Shown one piece after another: positions 9,001 to 18,800 of a stretch of 64,000 nucleotides of DNA. How positions within the stretch are numbered: the first letter of the stretch is position 1; each line of letters begins with the position of its first letter. The notes under the pieces are model-generated. The model was not told the origin of the DNA, searched no databases, and saw only the letters and a program-made list of their open reading frames with translations. The stretch comes from an uncultured virus (IMG/VR IMGVR_UViG_3300025108_000038). Taxonomy: Duplodnaviria; Heunggongvirae; Uroviricota; Caudoviricetes; Crassvirales. Location of the stretch: IMG/VR virus record IMGVR_UViG_3300025108_000038; one strand, given 5' to 3'. The position numbers and the translations under genes were made by a program.

Positions 9001-10868
9001 ACGCGAGTGAAATGTACGACATTGATTCTAACCATAATCATTTATCAGGAACAGGAGATTTTGATCAAGATCAAACTTCTTCCCAAGATGCGATTGTTGA
9101 GTTAAGTTTTTCAGATGTTTACACATTTGGAAATGGTGTTGAAAGCTATAAAATTAAAGACAGATTAGCGGCTAAAAGTTTTCAGTTAGGAGAAAGAACA
9201 TTGGCTGTTTCTAATCAAGACTACAAAGAAGCTGATAGATTTGAAGGAATGACTTATAGCGGTGTTTATAGTAGTAATTCTGGAACGAACAACTTAAATG
9301 AGTTTAATTTAGGTTTAGTAAACTTTAAAGATTTAGAAACTTCTTATGGGCCTATTCAAAAAATGCACGCTCGTAAAACGGATATATTAGTTTTGCAAGA
9401 GGATAAAATTTCTTATGTTTTAGCAAGTAAAAACCAATTAACTGACTCAACAGGTGGTGGTGTTGTTACTTCAGTTCCTCAAATATTAGGAACTCAAATT
9501 GCTCGTATTGAAGAGTATGGAATTAGTTTTAATCCTGAAAGCTTTATAACTCATGGGTTTGACACTTTTTTTACAGATGCAAAAAGAGGAGCTGTTTTAA
9601 TGTTATCAGGAGGCGCTTCAGAAGGAGGCGGTGGAGAAAGCTTAACTGTAATATCAGAGTCTGGTATGAGATCTTTTTTTAGAGATGAGTTTTACGAAAA
9701 TCTAAATAATCAAAAATTAGGAGCGTTTGATCCTTATATGGATGAATATGTATTGGCAATGAATGATAAGCCAGTACCTATACCTCCTCAAGTAGTTCCA
9801 TGTGGTACGTCTGTTACTAAAAATGGATTACAAGTTGGTACGGATTTTTCTTCTACAGTAAATTTTGGAAATGTAATTGGAGATGTTCCAATTAGTTATA
9901 GCGTGACTTCAGGAAGTATTACAATATCTGTATTATGGAATGGGACTACATCTACAAGCGGAACTTTAACTGGTTCAGGATCTTACACTTGGAGTAAGTC
10001 TTTAAACACTCCAAGCAATGCGGTCGTAACTGTAAACTCTGTTGGCTCTTCTTCAAGTTTTACAATAGACTACAATTGTCCTGAACAAGTAAATATCACT
10101 GTCGTAAAGGTTGTTATGAACTCATCTGTAGATGCTGACAAATATATTCATGCAGAATATTTTTGGGAGAACACAACAACTATAAGTCCAGTTGACAGTG
10201 ATTTATGTCAGTTTGGTAATTCTCATTTAATTGCTTCTACTTATGATCCTCAAGTTGGAATAAGATCTTTAGGTGTTTTTCCAAATGATGGAGTAGACTT
10301 AACTATAAGATCTAATAAAATAAATTTTGATGATTATGACTGGGGCTATCCTGATGATAACTTTAAATACTTATCAAGCAATACCTTGTATCAAAACAAT
10401 GAAGCCGATATAGCGTCTTTATTAGCTGCATCTGCAACTATACCAAATGGAAGCGTTGTTAATCCTTCAGAGGGCTTGTATGAGTCTACATTAAGCTCTT
10501 TGTCTATACCTGTTAGCAATCAATATTTATACTTGATATATGATTATAGAAAAACATCGTGTCAACAATTTTGTTATGATGCTACTTCTTCCGATTTAGC
10601 TTGTTGTGATTGTTCATTTAATTGTGTTTCTTTTTTAGCAAGTACAAATCAGTCATTACAAGATGTGTGTAATCAACCACTGTCTCAAACATATTATCAT
10701 ACTGGATCAGGAACATATCCTGCTTTAAATGATTTTGTTTATTCATCTTCTGTTTGTAATAGTAGTCAAGCAGTACCTTTAACAGCAGGTTATTATAAGT
10801 CAGAATCAAATAAATATATTAGAGTACAATCAAATGGGTTAGTAATTGAATTAGTAACTTGCCCTTAA
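6021..10868 (+). CDS. Tail stabilization/nozzle-like protein with C-terminal accessory domains
   Basis: 1615 aa; N-terminal GRMNKSIDERLLPPGEYIDAMN, NRLFYGNF and YGISFNPESF motifs typical of Bacteroidota podophage stabilization proteins. Confidence 0.65.
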   Translation: MGKSEIVTTNFIAGRMNKSIDERLLPPGEYIDAMNVRLGSTETTEIGAVENSRGNEQLTSLSFEGVPLSSTAVCIGAYEDGMRENIYWFIHDGDFSTKVGGVDLIVSFNTQNQVVRYHVVSTSVLNFDPEYLITAVDLVDGELLFFTDDLNPPRMINVGRNYPFPVGNTDQIVEEDISVIVKPPGFEDVVGSNVSLPAPLVQLVNLPGNENYLKERFICFAYRYRYEDNQYSATSLFTKPAFAASTFAFDTRNYLNGGMVNRYNGAVITFNTGSKRVLEIDLLYKETTSNSIFVIERFKKEDYGWADNTSKTYSFTNSKIYTTIGGDELLRQYDNVPRLAKAQTIMSNRLFYGNFVDGYDFRRNSANGSNIALNYSTTYISKNVDFITLEMPEPGNGSAYTISGTTENIENSKITVNLSEISDKLKAGAVIGFSFRFEHAKLTGTTTTDCYISNNEFKNSIFPLTVSVTLSEDYSSVYDFLSSAQFQDAIGTGILSDGRFQTLPLADTGGSLTDLFNNTLSSPAIDCTFTKFNSSITDATAQQGFALTGVSPGSDTFELQVLAMNYQSIDSTDPNAPITTNMFEFFRFISGNITFSSDNDTTSLHSNRDYETGIVYMDEYARASTVLVSEYNTVYIEPANSVSVNKILVQINSIAPYWAKKYKFVVKPSLGNYETIFTNFYYVRPSDNMIFFKLEGDNANKVEKGQTLIVKGDVDGALPRVEKVTVLDVTAESTDFLQEAGEIGFEDISQLPGLYMNVKNQNFNVTIPDDSVIDYGEQVASTSADGCSSKRQVGYPCFTTEYDAQGAVVSTTNYTVPGGSVIKLKFKAQRSSTGFPGGAPEYTWEWEQQFVASRDYPDMKRWYDGDNVNVLLASPGNVNGFGADDVVATYDAGYVDVSVPGAPIPPFISGNPYGYAGNLPCNRFKIKLGFVQDIPGDASSPLYFGINSGVPGANRAFASDRKSSISADIVVFRANTLMIFESEPLDANPDLYYDASEMYDIDSNHNHLSGTGDFDQDQTSSQDAIVELSFSDVYTFGNGVESYKIKDRLAAKSFQLGERTLAVSNQDYKEADRFEGMTYSGVYSSNSGTNNLNEFNLGLVNFKDLETSYGPIQKMHARKTDILVLQEDKISYVLASKNQLTDSTGGGVVTSVPQILGTQIARIEEYGISFNPESFITHGFDTFFTDAKRGAVLMLSGGASEGGGGESLTVISESGMRSFFRDEFYENLNNQKLGAFDPYMDEYVLAMNDKPVPIPPQVVPCGTSVTKNGLQVGTDFSSTVNFGNVIGDVPISYSVTSGSITISVLWNGTTSTSGTLTGSGSYTWSKSLNTPSNAVVTVNSVGSSSSFTIDYNCPEQVNITVVKVVMNSSVDADKYIHAEYFWENTTTISPVDSDLCQFGNSHLIASTYDPQVGIRSLGVFPNDGVDLTIRSNKINFDDYDWGYPDDNFKYLSSNTLYQNNEADIASLLAASATIPNGSVVNPSEGLYESTLSSLSIPVSNQYLYLIYDYRKTSCQQFCYDATSSDLACCDCSFNCVSFLASTNQSLQDVCNQPLSQTYYHTGSGTYPALNDFVYSSSVCNSSQAVPLTAGYYKSESNKYIRVQSNGLVIELVTCP

Positions 10869-10880
10869 ATAAATAAAACT

Positions 10881-11924
10881 ATGGCAACATTAGGAACATA
10901 CTGTTTCGATGGCGTAAATTTTTCGTCAGCAACATCTTTATATACAGATTCTTCATTAAGCACTTTAGCTGCTGATGGTTATTATGGTCAAGGCTTGATA
11001 GTTAGACAGCAGTTAAACGGAATATTACTTAACGCTCAACCATGTAGCGCTTGTTTAGTTCCTTGTGGTTCAGGTCTATCCGCGTCTATTTCTGATCAAA
11101 ACGGAGTTTTTGATGCTAATATTGACTTAGCAAATGATACAGGAGCTGTAGTAATAAGGTGTTTTATGGGGAACAGCGTTCCAGATGGTATAATTGCTAC
11201 ATGGAATAGTGTTTCAATAAATAGATTGACTGCTGCTGACAATCACAATGGAGTTACACTAATTGACGGAGCTGGAACACAAGTGGATTATGCTGGTATA
11301 GCAAATCAAGGCACAGGATTACCTACTTATGTTGGTAACCAAAACGCAAATTTATTGGCCAACAGTCCTTACAATAGTGCTGGATCTTGTCCAACGCAGG
11401 GTACTTCTCCGTCAAATTTTTCTTTAGTGTCTGGAACATACGTGGATCAAGGAACAACTCAAAATGTTACAGTTGCTTCTAATACTATAGGTTATGCATC
11501 AGATCCTAACTCTCCTGTATTTACTATGGTTGTTCCAAAAACATCCGTAACACCAACAGTTTTGAACTTACAAATATTTGCGCCACTTTGTGGAACAGCA
11601 TTTAACTGGGAAGTAGATTGTCCTGAGTCTTTACCAACTTTTACAGGTTCACCTCTTCAAGGAGGAGATGCTTGTGCCACTCCAAATACAACTTACTATT
11701 TTGTTAGAAACGCGACAGGTACTTCAGTTCCTTATACTGTGAGAACTAATGCGTTGCCAGAGATAGGTAATTTTGTTTTTACAGCAGCTGATGGTTCAGC
11801 ATACCTAAATGATACCAATACACTTCAATACGTTATAATAGGAGATCCTGGGCCTTCTGGAACAACTGCTTTAGGAATAAGAAATGGAGTCGTTGTGTCT
11901 TCAGGGCCTTGTAATCCAACTTAA
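10881..11924 (+). CDS. Putative tail accessory/appendage protein
   Basis: 347 aa, G/T/S/N-rich with several Cys; resembles the C-terminal repeats of the preceding gene. Confidence 0.45.
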   Translation: MATLGTYCFDGVNFSSATSLYTDSSLSTLAADGYYGQGLIVRQQLNGILLNAQPCSACLVPCGSGLSASISDQNGVFDANIDLANDTGAVVIRCFMGNSVPDGIIATWNSVSINRLTAADNHNGVTLIDGAGTQVDYAGIANQGTGLPTYVGNQNANLLANSPYNSAGSCPTQGTSPSNFSLVSGTYVDQGTTQNVTVASNTIGYASDPNSPVFTMVVPKTSVTPTVLNLQIFAPLCGTAFNWEVDCPESLPTFTGSPLQGGDACATPNTTYYFVRNATGTSVPYTVRTNALPEIGNFVFTAADGSAYLNDTNTLQYVIIGDPGPSGTTALGIRNGVVVSSGPCNPT

Positions 11925-11935
11925 AAACATATAAT

Positions 11936-12766
11936 ATGTCAGATAAAACATTAACATACAACAAAGATTCTTCTTCGCTTCCAAGGTTTGGAGGGCAAGG
12001 AGGGTGGCCTTCTTTTTATTCTTTTTACCCTGACTTTATGATAGGAATGAATAGTTACTTTTATAGTTTCAAAGGAGGTAATTTATGGAGGCACAACACT
12101 AATCCTCTACGAAATACATATTACGGATCGTTTACAGCATCTTCTATTACAAGTGTTTTTAATCCTGAGCCTACTTTGTCTATTAAGTTATTTAAAACTC
12201 TATCTTATGAGTCAACAACAACAGTAGCAGATACGAATGAAGCTCGATGGGCTTGCACGTCTCTTCAAACAGACCTAACGGATGGTGTGCCAGGATCAAT
12301 GCTTGACACTTATTTTGTACAAAAAGAAGGTGAGTGGTTTAGTTTTTTAAGAACTAATTCAGGTACTGTAAACTGGCAAATGAGGTCGGCAAATGGAATA
12401 GGTGTATGTACATCAGTTAGTGGAGCGGCAGGTAATATGTTGATTGAGTTCGCAGGAGCTATTGGATCTATATTAAATATTGGAGATAATGTATATGCAG
12501 CAACCTTAGCGTCTGGTGTAGCTACTACAGATCCAATTTTTGTAGGTCAAGTTACATTTAAAACAAGTACAAGCATTACTGTAGACACAACAGTGCCAGG
12601 CGGTTCTACACCAACAGTTGGTCAGTTTATTATGTTTATAAAAAACGCAACAGCTGAGTCTCATGGGGCAAGAGGATACTACTTGGAATTTAAACTTGAA
12701 AATGACTCAACAGATCCTGTAGAACTATTTTCAGTAGGCAGTAGTGTGATGAAAAGTTTTCCATAA
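11936..12766 (+). CDS. Structural protein resembling the C-terminal part of stabilization proteins
   Basis: GWPSFYSFYP...FYSFKGGNLWRHN, KEGEWF and RGYY motifs. Confidence 0.5.
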   Translation: MSDKTLTYNKDSSSLPRFGGQGGWPSFYSFYPDFMIGMNSYFYSFKGGNLWRHNTNPLRNTYYGSFTASSITSVFNPEPTLSIKLFKTLSYESTTTVADTNEARWACTSLQTDLTDGVPGSMLDTYFVQKEGEWFSFLRTNSGTVNWQMRSANGIGVCTSVSGAAGNMLIEFAGAIGSILNIGDNVYAATLASGVATTDPIFVGQVTFKTSTSITVDTTVPGGSTPTVGQFIMFIKNATAESHGARGYYLEFKLENDSTDPVELFSVGSSVMKSFP

Positions 12767-12773
12767 AAATTAC

Positions 12774-12781
12774 TATCTTTG
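12774..12781 (+). promoter_or_regulatory. -7 promoter element TATCTTTG
   Basis: TAnnTTTG 6 nt before ATG 12788, suggesting a leaderless or near-leaderless mRNA. Confidence 0.6.
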
Positions 12782-12787
12782 TTGTAA

Positions 12788-13198
12788 ATGAAATTAAATA
12801 TACGACCATTAGAAGTAAGCGACTATGACAATATACTTGTAGATTGGTGGGCGGACTGGAGGTGGACAGCTCCATCAAGAGACTTTCTTCCTGAAAATGG
12901 TACAGGAGGTTATATAGTATACGACCAGGATACGCCTATATGTGCAGGATTTATGTACACAACCAACTCTACAGCAGTGTGGTGTGATTGGATAATATCT
13001 AATTTACATTACAAAGATAGGAGCAAAAGAAAAGAGGCTTTAGCTTTATTGGTTGGAACTATTACCAAGCAAGCTGAAGACCTAAATAAAAAATATGTAT
13101 ATGCTTTAATTAAAAATAAACCTTTAATTAACGTGTATAAAAAAATAGGATATGAAGAAGCTTCTACGTATTCTATTGAAATGATTAAAAAAATATAA
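12788..13198 (+). CDS. GNAT-fold/acetyltransferase-like protein
   Basis: LNIRPL start, GYIVYD..PICAGF strands, YKKIGYE motif; sits before ejection genes like T7 gp13. Confidence 0.5.
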   Translation: MKLNIRPLEVSDYDNILVDWWADWRWTAPSRDFLPENGTGGYIVYDQDTPICAGFMYTTNSTAVWCDWIISNLHYKDRSKRKEALALLVGTITKQAEDLNKKYVYALIKNKPLINVYKKIGYEEASTYSIEMIKKI

Positions 13199-13199
13199 T

Positions 13200-13820
13200 A
13201 TGGCAGTAACAACAGCAGCAGTAGTAGGGGTAGCGGCTTCGGCAGGAGGGGCAATAAACTCCTTTAGTCAATCTGCAAAACAAGGAAGGATGGCTGAAAA
13301 AGCCGCGGCAGCTTCAAAAAAAGCTATGGCGGAGGCTAAAAGAAAAGCAGAAAAAAACTTTTATGCTGGTTTAAATGTTTCTACCGAAGCTTATGATAGA
13401 GCTTTTGCAAATAATTTACAAGCACAAACTCAAAATATACAAGCTCTTCAAGAAGGAGATCCTCGTAATTTAGCCGCTGGTGTTGGTTTACTTCAACAGG
13501 CTTCTGATGCCACTGCCGAAGCTACTCGTTTAGGTTTGCAGAAAGATTTAGAAGCAAATGCAAAAATGAAAGCAGATGCCAAAGACGCTATTAATCAAGA
13601 TTTAAAGCGTATGGATTTAGGTTACGCAAAAGATCAAGAGAAGATTGCTAAAGAATCATCAGCAGCTTCTGCGAAAGCAATGTCTGAAGGAATAAGTGGA
13701 GTAGTAAGTACAGTTGGTCAAGCGGCTCAATTAGCCCCTTTATTTGGAGCAAAAAATCTCACTACTGCTGAACAAAATTTCTTAGATAGTTTAAACGCTG
13801 CTAACGCTACTGGTCAATAA
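13200..13820 (+). CDS. Internal virion (ejection) protein 1
   Basis: Ala/Gly-rich hydrophobic N-terminus plus coiled coil; first of three genes of increasing size. Confidence 0.55.
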   Translation: MAVTTAAVVGVAASAGGAINSFSQSAKQGRMAEKAAAASKKAMAEAKRKAEKNFYAGLNVSTEAYDRAFANNLQAQTQNIQALQEGDPRNLAAGVGLLQQASDATAEATRLGLQKDLEANAKMKADAKDAINQDLKRMDLGYAKDQEKIAKESSAASAKAMSEGISGVVSTVGQAAQLAPLFGAKNLTTAEQNFLDSLNAANATGQ

Positions 13821-13833
13821 AAAAAAATAAATA

Positions 13834-15858
13834 ATGGCAAACGAATTTAGCAGACAAGAGTCGGTATCGGATTATGAAGTTTATCAAGGTCGTGAAGGAT
13901 CTCAATTAAACTTTGCTGAAGAAGCAGCGAAAATTACAGCTGGTGTAAATGCTATAGCTACTCAAAGAGAGGGTAGGAAAGCACAAATACAGTCAGATAC
14001 AGACGATGTAATTGCTCAGTTAGAAAAAGCTGATTCTTTTCAAAACCAGACTTTAGGTCAAACAGTTTTGTTGGCTGCGAAGGGATTAAAAGAAACTCTT
14101 TTAATTCAGTCTCAGTTAATGAAGAAAGGTAAAATAAAACCTTCTGATTTTATGGCTACTCTTCAAACAGCTAAAGACGATATGGCTAACTGGGGTATCG
14201 CTGCCAAAGATTGGAATACAAAATTCATTAAATCTGAAGAAAGACAGAAGTTAGGCCCTAATGGTAAGGTTATAGCTTCTGGAATGGAGACAGCTATAAA
14301 GGAATCTACTTTAGCTTTTAACAATTTAGACAATGTAGTTCCATTTACTTCGCCAACAGGTAATTCATACTTGGTTCGTTTAAATGAAGACGGAAGTATG
14401 CCTGAGTGGGATACACAGAGAGATGCGTATCAAAGTTTTAATAATCTTAATAATTTACTATTATACGAAGATGACGGAGCAAAATACGATGTAAGCACTA
14501 TTGTTGCAAATGAAGTTAAAAATGTAGGCGCTTTTATTACATCCACTATTAGTGGATACACAGTAACTGATGGTGGTAATGTTGTTGTCACTCGTGAAGG
14601 AGCAAGAGAGATGGAAGATGCTTTGAAGGGAAAAGATGGTAAAACAAGATTTAACACTCTTGTTGAGACCATATCAGAAACTGTTATGGGAGATGAATTG
14701 TCTATTGCTAATATTTTAGTAGGCAGATCAGCAGGATCAGATAGATATATTATTGCTCAAACAGAGCAAGAGTTTGTAAATAAAGGAGGTACGGATTTAA
14801 GTAAATGGATTCAAGCTGATTATACAACTCAACCTCCAAGCGTTACGTTAATAGATGGTCAAGAGGATGCTGCTAAGCAATTTATAAAAGATGAAATTCT
14901 TACGCAGTTTGGTCAGTCAACTAAAAAGACTAAAGGTCTTAGTGGTCAACAACCAAATACAGCTGCGGTTACAGGTACTAATCAAGATATAGCTGATGCA
15001 GGTTATATATCTGAATTAAATGATGTGTTTACAAATCCAAATGCCGCTTCATCAAAAGCTATTCTTAAGAGGCTTATTGATTCCAGAAATGCTGAAGTTA
15101 CAAAGCCAGAGGATAAAATTATATCTTTTGATATTTTTGATTCAATGATTGTTATAAAAAGAGGTGGAGGACAAGATGATTTTATTATAGATAGAGTAAG
15201 TGACAGTGGTAAACCTGACAATCCAAATACAGCTGAAGATGAGTCATTAGATATTCTTGATACTGAGACTGATATTATGACAGCTATTGACATATTAACT
15301 CCAGGTAAGGGTTATAGTAGAGGAAGAGTTAGGGATTTAATTAATTCTCAAAAAATAAAAATAAACCCTCGTATAAGTAGAGAATTAAAAACATCAGTAT
15401 CAAAACCTCCTCTTAATGTAATAACCAACACGTCTGTACTGCCTTCTGGTAAAACAGTTATAAAAACAATAGAGGATGCAATTGGAGACACGACAAATCT
15501 CCAATGGGATAGTACAGTCACAAAGGTTGTAGATGATGTGGTAGTTAACGCCATGGGTGGTGAGCTTAAAAGAGAGCTTGCAAATCAAGGTTATGGTAGC
15601 CCAACAACAGAGGTGGTTACAGTTGGTGGTGAAGAGTATTATAAAATAAACATAGCTGGTAAAGAGACGTCTATTAGAATTAGTGGTGGAGAAACAAAAA
15701 CAAATATTGCAAACCAAGTAGTTGACGCGATTAATGAAGCTACTAAGAAAGTTAACAAGAAAAGAGAAAGCAAAACTATTATGAGTTTTAAAATATGGAA
15801 ACGATCAAATCCAGGAGGAAACTTTCAAGACTATAAAGTATGGCGTAAGACTCAGTAA
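13834..15858 (+). CDS. Internal virion (ejection) protein 2
   Basis: 674 aa; synteny only. Confidence 0.45.
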   Translation: MANEFSRQESVSDYEVYQGREGSQLNFAEEAAKITAGVNAIATQREGRKAQIQSDTDDVIAQLEKADSFQNQTLGQTVLLAAKGLKETLLIQSQLMKKGKIKPSDFMATLQTAKDDMANWGIAAKDWNTKFIKSEERQKLGPNGKVIASGMETAIKESTLAFNNLDNVVPFTSPTGNSYLVRLNEDGSMPEWDTQRDAYQSFNNLNNLLLYEDDGAKYDVSTIVANEVKNVGAFITSTISGYTVTDGGNVVVTREGAREMEDALKGKDGKTRFNTLVETISETVMGDELSIANILVGRSAGSDRYIIAQTEQEFVNKGGTDLSKWIQADYTTQPPSVTLIDGQEDAAKQFIKDEILTQFGQSTKKTKGLSGQQPNTAAVTGTNQDIADAGYISELNDVFTNPNAASSKAILKRLIDSRNAEVTKPEDKIISFDIFDSMIVIKRGGGQDDFIIDRVSDSGKPDNPNTAEDESLDILDTETDIMTAIDILTPGKGYSRGRVRDLINSQKIKINPRISRELKTSVSKPPLNVITNTSVLPSGKTVIKTIEDAIGDTTNLQWDSTVTKVVDDVVVNAMGGELKRELANQGYGSPTTEVVTVGGEEYYKINIAGKETSIRISGGETKTNIANQVVDAINEATKKVNKKRESKTIMSFKIWKRSNPGGNFQDYKVWRKTQ

Positions 15859-15870
15859 TAATAAATATTT

Positions 15871-18800
15871 ATGGAATTATTAGACGATTTATTAGGATTA
15901 TTAGAGGGTATTGTAGATGACAAAGAAACGCTTCAGGGTATAATTGACTCAGAAGGATTAGAAGTTTTGTACGATGAGATTGATCCAGAGGCATTTCCTA
16001 CAATGGAAGGTTATTTGTCTTACTTTGGTGAGCTTCAAAAAAAAAAAGAAGAAACTGGAGATACTCCTATTATTTCTCCAGAGGAAAATACGGAATCAAA
16101 TACACAAACTCCTCAAGTGGAAGGAGCTGGATCTTCGGATTCTTCACCAACAACAGTTGATATTCCTCAAGTAGAAGTACCTCAAGTAGAAGTACCTCAA
16201 GCAGATGTAGATGAAGCCAATATTAATGTTACACCAAACATTGAGCAGGAAGAGCTTCCTGGTATATTAGATCCTACTTCTAATGCAAAAAAATTATATG
16301 AAATTGTAGATGACGAGATTGTTATTTTAGGTGACGATGGAATGCCTAAAAAAGACAAGGAAGACGAGACTTGGCTTGAAGAAAGCTGGCTTGGTCAAGC
16401 AATGGATTGGGCGTTTGATGATGTTCCAATTTTAGGTGTTCTTAGTGCTGATTTTTGGGGAGATATGTATCGTGCTATTGGTAACGGATACACCAAAGGT
16501 CAATCAGTAGATGACTCTATTGCTTTGTTTGCAAAAGGAAAAAATATTTCAGATCAAGACTTACAAGAATACATAGCTGCTGTTAAGAGATCAGAGAACG
16601 TAACTGTTTCTGATGAAATGAAAAGCTTTCAGAAAATTTATGATGAAAATGGTGGTGGTGTTCTTGGCTTTATTCTTGGCTTTGGATCGAATCTTTCAAT
16701 AGCTCCAGAATTACTTATTGACTCACTTTCGTCTATGATTAATCCAGCCTCCGCAGCAGCGGCAGGAGCAGGTGCAGCAACTGGTGCAGCAACTGGTGCA
16801 GCCTTAACAGCAGTGTCTGGCCCTGGTGCTTTATTTGGAACAGGAGCAGGTGCTATAGGTGGTGCTATGGGGGGAGCTTCGGCAGCTTTAGAATTTGGTA
16901 TGTCTTATACTGAATTTATGAAAGAAGAAGTAGAGGCTAAAGGAGGTAAATTTGATGTTGAAGGGATAAGAATGGTTTTAAATGACGATCAAGCACTACA
17001 AAGAATTAGAAATAGAGCTGCTACAAGAGGTCTTGCTATAGGTATGATTGATGCTATGACAGCAGGTGTTGCTGGAAAAGCTATTGGAGGTACAGGAAAA
17101 GCCCTGGCAAAAGGAACAGCTAAAAGATTAGCTGCTGGAGGTAAAGGAACTGTAACCAGAGCTATGGTAAATAAAGGAATTGAGATATCCGCTGGTTTAG
17201 GTGTTGAAATTGCTGGAGGTAGTTTGGGTGAAGCAACCGCAAGAGCTTTGGCTGGTCAGGAAATGGACGTGGCTGAAATAGGTCTTGAGGGTTTTGCAGG
17301 TGCAGGTAATGCTCCTATATCTTTAGCAAGAGGTATTTATACTACTCCAAGATATAATTTAAATGGCGACCTTGTTACAAAGGATTATATGCTGGCAACA
17401 ATAGGAACTGCAACTCCAGATCAAATTGCTGGTATGAATATCGAAATAAAAAACGATAAAAAAATGCAGTCTGTAATAACAGACTTAAAAGCTACAAGTC
17501 AATTTGATGCGGACTTACAAGCTCTGGGTGTTCCTCCAGGGCCTCAAAGAGATGCTATTGTTAAATTAGAATTAGAAAAAAGTAAATTACCTGATGCAAG
17601 ATCTGAGGCTACAAGACAAAGAAGAAACCAGATAGATCAAGAAATAAATTTTCTCATAAATGAATCATCTACTATAACAGAAACAGTAGAGATATCAAGA
17701 GACGGAAATACCTTTACAGAGGTGTTGTCTGTTTCAAAAGCTGAAGCAAGAGCTAAATTAAAAGAAGAAGGAATAGAATCAGCAACAGAGGGGCAAATTT
17801 CTGATATGCAGAAAGCCATGATGGAGCAGCTTAAGAACTCTGATACGCAAGCTGAAAAAGCAATTATTGCGGATCAAAAAATAGCTGATGACATAAAAAA
17901 AGAAGTAGAGGAAAGTATTACTGATCAAGAAGTTCAGGATAAAATAAATAAAGACACGTACACAGACAAGGAGTTTGATAACGCAAAACAATTATTAATA
18001 AAAGAGAAAGTAGATGCCATTCAAGAGTCAAGCACAACGCAGGTGGATGTACAAGAATCTTCCAGAGATGGCGAAGGAGTGGGAGAAGTCAACGTCCAAG
18101 AAGAAATTACCGAAGAGAGTCCAGCCAAAAATGAACAAGAGAGTTCCGAACCTACCACGCAAGAGGAAGCGGAAGTAGTTGAAAGCACTGAAGTAGTAGA
18201 GGAAGAGAGTCGGCCATTAAAAGAAAAAATAAAAAACATAGTAGATGAGATAGCTGATGGTGAAAATGGGTTTTCTAAGAAATGGTTCAACCCTGTACTT
18301 ATGAAGAAAGCTGGTATAACTACAGACGAAGATGTTAAAGAATATTACATACAAAGTATAGAAAACGGAGAGGTTATAAATGATCTTAATAAGGAGTTTT
18401 TAAATAATGAGTTTAAAAGACTCGGTATAGAAAACAAAAAAAAGGGAGTGGATAGCAAACCTAAAAGTTTTGAAACCATTCCTCCTTCTCAACGTAAAGG
18501 AGGTACTCAAAGATTTAAAGTTCCAGGGAGCAGAACTGTTGATGTAGAAGTGGATGCAGAAGGGAAAGCTTATGCTGTAAATAGAAAGACTGGGAGGCCT
18601 TTAGAAAAGACTCCTCCAAAAGCTCAAGAGTTTATTTTGAAAAATGTAATAGATGTTAATGAGGGTACTCCTTTACAGTTAGATGAGTCTACTAATTTAA
18701 CACCAGAGCAATACATTTCTGAGATTGCAGAAAACTCTAACAACATAAAAGAAGTTGCGGAGACTATTGATTTAGAAAGAAAGAGATCAAAAGAGCTTAG

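Noticed and set aside
16165..16200. Short coding tandem repeats (PQVEV; also portal Gln-rich repeats near 59560)
   Set aside because: In-frame low-complexity linkers with no sign of a separate function
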